Below are positions 57,201 to 64,000 of a DNA stretch of 64,000 nt, piece after piece. A program made the position numbers and the translations under genes. The notes beneath the pieces were generated by a model. The model saw only the letters and a program-made list of their open reading frames with translations. It had not been told where the DNA came from and made no database searches. Numbering within the stretch: the first letter of the stretch is position 1; every line of letters starts with the position of its first letter. The DNA comes from a virus, in IMG/VR virus record IMGVR_UViG_3300009151_000031; one strand, given 5' to 3'.

Positions 57201-57970
57201 GTCCAAGTAGTTCCGGCGGCACTGATGTTGCAGGTATGTTGCGTTACAACTCAACCAGCGCATCAGTTGAAGCATATACAGGTTCGCAGTGGACATCATT
57301 CTCAACAGCGTTTACAATTATTGCTGACAATCAGTTTACAGGCACAGGTAGTCAAACCGCATTTACACTAGCAACAGCACAGACAACTGCAAGTTGTATT
57401 GTAAGTATCAACGGTGTGGTACAGATTCCAACTCTGGCTTACTCGGTAAGCGGCACAACATTGACATTTACAGAAGCTCCAGCAAGCACAGACATTATTG
57501 ATGTGCGTATGTTGACAACTACCACAACAGTATTTGGTGTTGCAAGTGTCAACGGGTACATGCAGGTACAAGTTGATAACAGTGGTGTTTATGTCTACAC
57601 TGGATCAGTTGATACAAATGTAACTACATACTGGAATACAGCTGGTGCAGAAGTCAACACTCGTGGTAATGTAACCACAAGTACAACAGGAAATACCACA
57701 ATAGATAGTTTCTCTTCAACTGTATACAGTTCAGCAGAGTACCTAATTACATCAACAATCAGTGGTACAAACATACGTGAATTGACTAAGATTTTAGTTG
57801 TCACAGACGGAACTAACGCATACCGTACAGTTTATGGCGTAACCGGCACAGCTGGTAACACATTAACAACTTGGAGTGCAAACGTGTCGGGAGGTACCGT
57901 AACATTATGGGGCGCCTCGACAAATGCAAACACGATTTATCGTGTTAAGAAAGATTATCAAGCAATTTAA
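54275..57970 (+). CDS. Long modular fibre protein
   Basis: 1231 aa, Thr/Gly/Ala/Asn-rich, with four STxTTTGALVVxGGxG repeats and DPVLELNTG and MLRYNS modules. Confidence 0.85.
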   Translation: MANNLTRIQNNQITDSTIQAQAKLAAGSITGNLLASTVTFNSNITILGNLTVANSYTQLNSINTYINDPVVVFNNNYVGSLTNYDIGILVNRNLASLGAYGSVNTFLGWSEQSQAFIAVATTETGTAVSSINNSGYANVSIGNLVAVAGSFSGAITAPAATITTVNSTNGNVTTLYSTNFSSGNARISSGYADNFAIGANATATGAFTTLSTSGNATIVGNIAITGNIVPSANVTYSLGTSANRFKDLWLSGSTMYLGGFTLSEEASGNVNFTSANGNRLTIVGTTANTVQATGNIITPYVLGSIVGPTATITTSASITGTGASTSTTTGALVVAGGAGIAGNINIGQLTSLHNIRGNLLIGQGSVQDSADSALTINLNTDTPLVSNATVHLSGATGKNATYGADSFGGSGNLSIYLGRHARGTSTSPTAVQALDAIAGFLGRGYGATGYNTNAANINPGMTIYAAENFTDSAQGTGINITYIPTGSLTAITGIKIDPSTGGGNVLIPATTTSTSTTTGALVVSGGIGVNGNSTFGANLTVNGNAIIQGGLVVNGTFEYINSTITTHVDPVLELNTGVNGAPLAADNLADVGLKMHYYNGADRISFIGRAYDTGFLEYYALGTESGNTFSGTYGTVKSGALYLANTSTATGFTPSNAGALYVAGGAGIAGDLYVAKEVHGGNGYFASINNTPIGNATPTTGAFTTVTAITSSPTNLNATFGNITTLYAQNFSSGNAVITGGSVNGSPIGASSASTGAFTTVTASGTAIVSGNIVAGSGTASTNTTTGALVVVGGAGVSGNATIGGDTVITGDAYVQGGDIWTSATTFNLVNATATTVNFAGAATTLNTGNASGTTNMAGVVKASGNIVAASGTASTNTTTGALVVTGGAGISGAVNIGGNVTHANATIFNTAQAAGMDTVIKGANDSTLLWARPNATYDSVIIGNSATAGTAVRGAKLVINSSDSIILPVGTNAQRPSSSGGTDVAGMLRYNSTSASVEAYTGSQWTSFSTAFTIIADNQFTGTGSQTAFTLATAQTTASCIVSINGVVQIPTLAYSVSGTTLTFTEAPASTDIIDVRMLTTTTTVFGVASVNGYMQVQVDNSGVYVYTGSVDTNVTTYWNTAGAEVNTRGNVTTSTTGNTTIDSFSSTVYSSAEYLITSTISGTNIRELTKILVVTDGTNAYRTVYGVTGTAGNTLTTWSANVSGGTVTLWGASTNANTIYRVKKDYQAI

Positions 57971-57994
57971 TAGCCAACAGGGAGATATGGAACT

Positions 57995-59311
57995 ATGGCA
58001 AATAGCAACTTCGTAGTACACAATGGACTTACAGTAGGTCCGTTGACAATTGATGCCGCAAGTGGCACATTAACAACAACTGGTCCTATTGTTAGTACCA
58101 GTACAACGCCAGCTGTATTCAGCGGCGCTAACCTTGTCGCGTCTAGCGGCACAGCTAGTACAACAACAGCCACGGGTGCGTTAGTTGTAGTTGGTGGCTT
58201 AGGCGTTAGCGGAAACGTTAACATTGGTGGCGATGTTAATATTAGTGGTAACATAAGTGTTACTGGTAATAGCGTAAACATTGGATCAACAACATTATCG
58301 GTTCAAGATCCAATTATTAACTTAAACACCACAAGTGATTTAACACCATTATCGTCGCCAACAGCAGTTGATATTGGACTTAAATTCCACTTTTATGATC
58401 AAGGAGCAGACCAACACGGTTTCTTGGGTCGTGCAGTTGACAGCAAATTCTTAGAATTCTACGGTGCTGGTAACGATTCAGGAAACGTATTTGCTGGAAC
58501 AGCATACGGTACAATTAAAGCTGGTGAATTTTTAGCGGCTAACAGTACTTCTGCAACAAGTTCAACAACTGGTGCAATTCGCGCAGTTGGCGGCATCAGC
58601 ACACAAGGTAACTTGTATGTTGGTTCTGGTGCTTACTTTGCCAACACAAAATCTATTGCAACAGCAGTCACTACTTCCAGTGGTACAGCACCAACTGCAA
58701 CAGTCAGCAAGTTGGGAGACCTATGGTACGATACTGCCACAGATACAACATATCAATATCTCAACGACGGAACAGGTACATACTGGATTGATACAACATC
58801 AGTTCCTTATAACTATCAAGCAAACATAACAGTTACAGCCGGTACATTGACAGTCAGCGGCAACGGTAGTATCGGCAACTTGACAGTGAGTGGTGTATTA
58901 AATGCCACAGCAACTTCAGCACAATACGCTGACTTGGCAGAGTTATATGCAACCGATACAAACTATACAGCAGGTACAGTGGTTGTGTTTGGCGGCGACG
59001 CTGAAGTCACACAATCAACAGTAGATCATGATTCGCGTGTGGCTGGAGTTATTAGTACAACACCAGCATACTTGATGAATGCTCAGTGGCCAGTTGGCAC
59101 TTACCATCCAGTGGCGTTGACAGGTCGTGTTCCATGTCTAGTACAAGGTCCAGTAACAAAAGGGCAAGTGCTGGTAACTGGTACAGAACCTGGAACAGCA
59201 ATGGCAATTGATGCCAGCAAGTTTCAACCAGGCGTGGTAATTGGTAAGAGTTTAGAAACAATAACAGATAACAGCGTTCAGACTATTGAAGTTGCTGTAG
59301 GGAGATTTTAA
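57995..59311 (+). CDS. Fibre protein with a C-terminal intramolecular-chaperone/autocleavage (peptidase G2-like) domain
   Basis: SAQYADLAE...VAGVISTTPAYLMN...VALTGRVPCLVQGPVTKGQVLV. Confidence 0.75.
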   Translation: MANSNFVVHNGLTVGPLTIDAASGTLTTTGPIVSTSTTPAVFSGANLVASSGTASTTTATGALVVVGGLGVSGNVNIGGDVNISGNISVTGNSVNIGSTTLSVQDPIINLNTTSDLTPLSSPTAVDIGLKFHFYDQGADQHGFLGRAVDSKFLEFYGAGNDSGNVFAGTAYGTIKAGEFLAANSTSATSSTTGAIRAVGGISTQGNLYVGSGAYFANTKSIATAVTTSSGTAPTATVSKLGDLWYDTATDTTYQYLNDGTGTYWIDTTSVPYNYQANITVTAGTLTVSGNGSIGNLTVSGVLNATATSAQYADLAELYATDTNYTAGTVVVFGGDAEVTQSTVDHDSRVAGVISTTPAYLMNAQWPVGTYHPVALTGRVPCLVQGPVTKGQVLVTGTEPGTAMAIDASKFQPGVVIGKSLETITDNSVQTIEVAVGRF

Positions 59312-59313
59312 TC

Positions 59314-59949
59314 ATGGCATTTCCATCAAGTCCAACAAACGGTCAGTTAGCTACAGTTAACAATATCACATACACTTACGCGAGTGCAACTAACTCATGG
59401 AAGCGTAATGGTATTACTTCAGGTTCTAACTTACAAATCAACAGTTTAGTCATTAACAGCTCAACCAACGCAACAAGTACAACCAGTGGCGCCCTACAAG
59501 TAACAGGTGGTGCAGGCTTTGGCGGTAACGTGTACATTGGTAGCACACTTTTTGGTACAGCAACTTCGGCAAAATACGCTGACTTGGCTGAAAACTATCA
59601 AGGCGATAAACCATACACTCCTGGTACAGTAGTTATGTTTGGTGGAGCCGCAGAAATCACAGTAGCCGATGCTGATAGTACAGCAGTAGCCGGTGTTATT
59701 TCTACCAATCCAGCACACCTAATGAACGGTGCATTGAGTGGTCCTAGCGTGGCTCCTGTAGCATTTACTGGTCGAGTACCATGTAATGTTATTGGTCCAG
59801 TTAAGAAAGGCGATTTAATGGTATCAGCGGGCTTTGGCTTTGCTAAAGTTAACAACAAACCGGCTGTGGGTAGTGTAATTGGTAAAGCATTACAAGACTA
59901 TCCAGTTAATGGTAAAGGTGTTATTGAAGTAGTAGTTGGCCGTTTCTAA
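59314..59949 (+). CDS. Short fibre protein with a C-terminal peptidase G2-like chaperone domain
   Basis: SAKYADLAE...VAGVISTNPAHLMN...VAFTGRVPCNVIGPVKKGDLMV. Confidence 0.75.
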   Translation: MAFPSSPTNGQLATVNNITYTYASATNSWKRNGITSGSNLQINSLVINSSTNATSTTSGALQVTGGAGFGGNVYIGSTLFGTATSAKYADLAENYQGDKPYTPGTVVMFGGAAEITVADADSTAVAGVISTNPAHLMNGALSGPSVAPVAFTGRVPCNVIGPVKKGDLMVSAGFGFAKVNNKPAVGSVIGKALQDYPVNGKGVIEVVVGRF

Positions 59950-59970
59950 ATCAACTTAACTTATACAAAC

Positions 59971-59996
59971 AAAGGGCCTGTGGGCCCTTTTGTTTT
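59971..59996 (+). terminator. Intrinsic terminator
   Basis: AAAGGGCC-TGTG-GGCCCTTTTGTTTT, followed by a late TAAATA at 60011-60016. Confidence 0.8.
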
Positions 59997-60039
59997 GACT
60001 ACGCAGGCGATAAATACACAATAATACGGAATTTACATA

Positions 60040-61149
60040 ATGGCATTAACTAGACCGCGCATAGGACAATTTGATACTGGTAGTACCACGTTCAGTGATC
60101 CGATAACGGTATTGCACGGTGGCGCAACTACAGCCAATGTTGACGTTGGTTTCTTGATGAATCGTGCCAACGGCTTGGTCAGCAACGTGGCAATATATTG
60201 GAACGAAACAGGCAATACCTTTGTTACGGCATTTACCAGTAATACTGGCATAACAGATACTAATATTGCAGTAACCAGTTATGCACCAATTACTACAGGA
60301 CATCATTTACCTGGTGCAAACGTAACCTATGACTTGGGTAGTCCAACCCAGCGTTTCCGTAGTTTATATCTAAGCGGAAACACAATTGATTTGGGCGGTG
60401 CTGTAATCAAGTCAGATGCGGTAACCGGTGCCATTGCACTAATCCCTCAAGCAACTGCAACCAATCCAAATCCTTCTGGTATTGTTATCAGTACATCAGG
60501 CACAGTCAGTGCCATACAGACTGTGGCAGGGGTAGTAACCAGTGCCAATATTGGCAATGTAGCAAACACCGCAACAGTTTCAAGTACTAGTACTTTTGCC
60601 AATGCCAACATTAGTGGTAACTTGGTAGTCGGTGGGAATCTGACAGTAGCCGGCACAGTAACATTTACAAACAGCGTAATAGAAACTAGTACAGAAACTG
60701 TACTTGGTGTAGAAATTGTTGGCGGAAACTTGATAGCCAACTCAGGAACAGCAAGTACAAGTACAACAACAGGTGCCTTAGTAGTAGCAGGCGGAGTGGG
60801 TGTTAGTGGAGATGTAAATATTGGCGGCAATTTATCAGTTGCCAATGCTTACCTAGATCGTGGGCAAGATTTTAACGATTGGAACACGGTTACCATTATG
60901 GGCACTTATTTGATAAATAGAACTAGCTGGTCTGGAACAAGCAATACACCATTGAATTCACAGAATTTCACTGGAGTATTGGAAGTGTTAAACACAGGTA
61001 ACATTGCGCTAACACAAAATTACAGACCTTATGATAATTCAGGATCTCCTAGTGTGTCCTGGACTAGAAGCAAATTTAATACTAACAGTTGGACCGTGTG
61101 GGTTGAAATGTTAGACGGCAGCGAAGCAATGGATGGCGGAAGTTTTTAA
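60040..61149 (+). CDS. Modular fibre protein
   Basis: 369 aa; DPITVL..DVGFLMNR, YDLGSPTQRFRSLYLSG and STSTTTGALVV modules; terminal MDGGSF. Confidence 0.8.
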   Translation: MALTRPRIGQFDTGSTTFSDPITVLHGGATTANVDVGFLMNRANGLVSNVAIYWNETGNTFVTAFTSNTGITDTNIAVTSYAPITTGHHLPGANVTYDLGSPTQRFRSLYLSGNTIDLGGAVIKSDAVTGAIALIPQATATNPNPSGIVISTSGTVSAIQTVAGVVTSANIGNVANTATVSSTSTFANANISGNLVVGGNLTVAGTVTFTNSVIETSTETVLGVEIVGGNLIANSGTASTSTTTGALVVAGGVGVSGDVNIGGNLSVANAYLDRGQDFNDWNTVTIMGTYLINRTSWSGTSNTPLNSQNFTGVLEVLNTGNIALTQNYRPYDNSGSPSVSWTRSKFNTNSWTVWVEMLDGSEAMDGGSF

Positions 61150-61161
61150 AGGATAAAAAAC

Positions 61162-62868
61162 GTGGCAAATACAATATTACTAAAAAGATCGGGCACAGCC
61201 GGCAAAGTACCACTAACAGCTAACTTATCACTTGGTGAATTAAGCGTTAACTATACTGATGGCCGTTTATACACAACCAGTGGCGCTGCCATCATTGATT
61301 TGTCACAGAACGACAAAATTACGTTATCCGGCGATGCAACTGGTACTAGCACAAATCCTAGTGCAGGCTCTAATTGGAGCAACTTAGCAGTAACATTATC
61401 AAGCACTGGGGTAACAGCTGGTAACTATGGTAGTGCTACAAGTATTCCAACAATCGTTGTTGATGCTAAAGGTCGCGTTACAAGTATTACCAGCAACGCA
61501 GTAAGCACAACAATTAGTTTAGGTGCAGGGTCTGGATCCGGTTCGGTTGCGGGAGGCGGAACATTAACAGTATCTGGTGGCACTGGTATTACAACTAGCG
61601 TAACAGGTTCCACATATACAATTACCAACGGTGGTGTAACAGGATTATCGAGTTCTGGTGCAGGTAACGTAACAGTATCAGCATCCACTGGCGCAGTAAC
61701 ATTGGCATTACCAGCAACAGGTCCGGGTGCTATATCGGCAGGTAGTTCTACGGCGATTCCGGTTGTAACAACAGACGCATATGGTCGTGTTGTTGGCTTA
61801 ACAACAGCCGCAGTGGTTGCGCCGGCTGGCACATTATCAGGTTCGACACTAGCTTCGGGCGTTACAGCATCTAGTTTAACTAGCGTTGGTACACTGGTAA
61901 ACTTAACAGTTACAAACGCAATTTCTGGTAGCGTAACCGGTAGTGCCGCAACAGCAACCACAGCCGGTACAGTAACAACAGCCGCACAACCAAACATCAC
62001 CAGTGTTGGTACACTAACTGGACTAACAGTTTCTAGTACAATTTCTGGTAGCGTAAGCGGAAGTGCCGCAACGGTTACAGGAGCAAGTCAATCAAGTATC
62101 ACAACATTAGCAGGGCTAACAAGTTTAGGTACTGCCGCAGTAACTACAACTGCCGCAGGTAACTTTGTTGTTGCTGGTAACTTGACAGTTAGCGGTACAT
62201 ACGAATATGTAAACAGTACTGTTACAGTACTACAAGATCCAATTATTGAATTAAACACCGGTGTCAACGGTGCCGCATTAACTGGCACAGCATTTGACTC
62301 TGGTATTAAAACTCACTACTGGACAGGCCTTGCAGACGCTAGTGCATTCTTTGGTCGTACCAACGACACTGGCTCATTGGAATATTATGGTTATGTATCT
62401 GGTGAATCTGGCAACGTAATTACTGGTACCTATGGTACAATTAAATCTGGTGCATTAGTTTTAGCAAATAGCACAGCCAGCTCAAGCACTACAACTGGTG
62501 CATTGCAAGTATCCGGTGGTGCTGGTATTGCTGGTGCAGTATATGCCGGTTCATTGTATGATACTGGTAACAGAGTCTTAACATCAGCAAGCTCACACAG
62601 TAACAGTGGTGGTGACGTAACAGTAAGCGGTGCATATAACGCATTGTCATTGACACTGGCTACGGTGAACACAAACGTAGGTACATTTGGTAATGCTACT
62701 TACAATCAAGGTATAACAGTAAACGGCAAAGGTTTAATAACTGGTGTTACAACAGCATTGATTACTCCAGCGTTTAGTAGCTTGACCGGTACACCAACAA
62801 CATTAAGCGGATACGGAATTACAGATGCATTGAGTACAAGTGCTACCATTGATGGCGGTAGTTTTTAA
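61162..62868 (+). CDS. Modular fibre protein with an Mtd-N/hyaluronidase-like N-terminal anchor
   Basis: ILLKRS..AGKVP...L..GELSVNYTDGRLY N-terminus, AGNYGSATSIPTIVVDAKGRVT fibre repeats and terminal IDGGSF. Confidence 0.8.
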   Translation: MANTILLKRSGTAGKVPLTANLSLGELSVNYTDGRLYTTSGAAIIDLSQNDKITLSGDATGTSTNPSAGSNWSNLAVTLSSTGVTAGNYGSATSIPTIVVDAKGRVTSITSNAVSTTISLGAGSGSGSVAGGGTLTVSGGTGITTSVTGSTYTITNGGVTGLSSSGAGNVTVSASTGAVTLALPATGPGAISAGSSTAIPVVTTDAYGRVVGLTTAAVVAPAGTLSGSTLASGVTASSLTSVGTLVNLTVTNAISGSVTGSAATATTAGTVTTAAQPNITSVGTLTGLTVSSTISGSVSGSAATVTGASQSSITTLAGLTSLGTAAVTTTAAGNFVVAGNLTVSGTYEYVNSTVTVLQDPIIELNTGVNGAALTGTAFDSGIKTHYWTGLADASAFFGRTNDTGSLEYYGYVSGESGNVITGTYGTIKSGALVLANSTASSSTTTGALQVSGGAGIAGAVYAGSLYDTGNRVLTSASSHSNSGGDVTVSGAYNALSLTLATVNTNVGTFGNATYNQGITVNGKGLITGVTTALITPAFSSLTGTPTTLSGYGITDALSTSATIDGGSF

Positions 62869-62936
62869 AATTTAAAGGAATTTTTATTCCTGTAAGATTT
62901 AGTTTTTACTAAATTATTAACCTTATTAGGTAGAGA

Positions 62937-64000
62937 ATGGCGCAACCAATTTTATTAAAGCGCAGTTCGGTTGCTGGCAAAGCACCGCTAACTGCCAATT
63001 TACAGTACGGTGAATTATCCATCAATTATACCGATGGCGCTCTCTACTACCTAACGTCCAATAACACCGTTAACTCATTTCTAAGTAACGGTTCTACACT
63101 TACAGCAAACTTTGGCGGTAACGTTGTTACCACAGGCAACGTATTTACTGGCGGCAACTTAATAATAGGCCCAACAGTTAGTGGATTGCTTGGTCGAGTA
63201 AGCAACAGCACAGCACTTTTAGTAAATCCAAGTGGTGTAACACCGGTAGCACAGTCTTCATTTAATCCAATGGTTCATATTGTTGGTCGCGATGGGGTTG
63301 GAACCGTATTGGCCATTGATTGTTTTGGTAACGGCTGCGGTATTATTAATCGTCACGGTCGCGGAACTACAGCTAGTCCAACTCCTGCAGGCCCAAATGA
63401 TTGCATGGGTGGGATAGTGGCCGTTGGTTACGGCACAACAGGATTTAGTACAGCCAACATTGACTTGATGGCAGGTCTCAGGATCACTTCCACAGAGTTA
63501 TTCACCGACACATCAATGCCAACCAAGTTGGAGTTACGAACTGTTCCAGTTGGCAGTAATACCGCAGTTTTGGCAATGACTTTAAATGCCAGCGGTGTTA
63601 TTAGTATACATAGTACAACAGATTCCACAAGTACCACTACAGGTGCCTTGGTTGTTGCTGGTGGTGCAGGTATTGCTGGTAAGTTATATATTGCCAACAC
63701 CGGTGATGTCAGTGCCAATATTGGCGCATATCAGACTTATGCCAATACGACTATATCAAGTACACAAGCTAACATTGGCGCATATCAGACTTTTGCCAAT
63801 ACAACCATATCAACTACACAAGCCAATATTGGCGCATATCAGACTTATGCCAATACAACCAATGCTACTACACAGGCAAACTTGGGTGCTTATCAGACTT
63901 ATGCCAACCTTACTGCGGTAACACAGGCAACTAGTATTAGCACAATTAACGCAAACGTAGGTGCATATCAGACATTTGCTAATACAACCAATGCTACTAC
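62937..64000 (+). CDS. Modular fibre protein, 5' part only; runs off the window edge
   Basis: Not in the ORF track. Manual translation from ATG 62937 (MAQPILLKRSSVAGKAPLTANLQYGELSINYTDG) is open to base 64000 and paralogous to the 61162 N-terminus. Confidence 0.85.
   Translation, partial: MAQPILLKRSSVAGKAPLTANLQYGELSINYTDGALYYLTSNNTVNSFLSNGSTLTANFGGNVVTTGNVFTGGNLIIGPTVSGLLGRVSNSTALLVNPSGVTPVAQSSFNPMVHIVGRDGVGTVLAIDCFGNGCGIINRHGRGTTASPTPAGPNDCMGGIVAVGYGTTGFSTANIDLMAGLRITSTELFTDTSMPTKLELRTVPVGSNTAVLAMTLNASGVISIHSTTDSTSTTTGALVVAGGAGIAGKLYIANTGDVSANIGAYQTYANTTISSTQANIGAYQTFANTTISTTQANIGAYQTYANTTNATTQANLGAYQTYANLTAVTQATSISTINANVGAYQTFANTTNAT
63714..64000 (+). repeat. 54-bp coding tandem repeat (18-aa ANIGAYQTYANTTxxTTQ units)
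   Basis: Units start at 63714, 63768, 63822, 63876 and 63951; the fourth unit is 75 bp (+7 aa). Confidence 0.9.

Noticed and set aside
61162-63100. Diversity-generating retroelement implied by Mtd-like N-termini
   Set aside because: Only the N-terminal anchor resembles Mtd; no RT, Avd or TR/VR pair is visible in the window.
4071-63921. The many other 60-170 aa ORFs nested antisense or out of frame within long genes
   Set aside because: They lie wholly inside well-supported genes and have no recognisable motifs or expression signals; this is expected for low-complexity Thr/Gly/Ala genes.
63714-64000. CRISPR array or DGR template/variable repeat
   Set aside because: The repeats are contiguous, in frame and coding, with no spacers. 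Differences are not adenine-specific and there is no reverse transcriptase in the window.
1-64000. Prophage in a bacterial chromosome, or a eukaryotic giant virus
   Set aside because: There are no host housekeeping genes, integrase or att site. The complete T4-type gp20-21-22-23 head module, gp55 and baseplate genes indicate a T4-superfamily phage.

Overview
This is a 64-kb internal segment of a large, AT-rich T4-superfamily myophage genome using standard genetic code 11; the host cannot be assigned from sequence. Positions 1-25.7 kb (minus strand) hold a baseplate/tail-fibre operon: Gly-rich fibres, a 3585-aa gp7-like wedge, gp6, gp25, a lysozyme-like protein, gp5, a hub protein, gp53 and a gp48/54-like protein. 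Positions 25.8-35.1 kb (plus) hold the late sigma factor gp55 and the gp47/gp46 (Mre11/Rad50) genes interleaved with four radical-SAM/SPASM genes, followed by a short Seg-like GIY-YIG nuclease. That nuclease is followed by ~550 nt of non-coding DNA with hallmarks of a large structured, pseudoknotted RNA, the best candidate for an undescribed system. Next come a gp26-like tail chaperone with a probable -1 frameshift, a tape-measure-like protein and the head module (gp20, core, gp21, gp22, gp23). A late SGNH-glycosyltransferase-SGNH cassette and a >15-kb array of modular fibre genes complete the window. Other notable points are a Gly-rich fibre gene apparently split by a CKIICT/CFI-box-like module, a TAAATA late regulon and several apparently leaderless transcripts. 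No tRNA, rRNA, CRISPR array or integrase was seen. Protein family calls are from motif recognition by eye, not database searches.
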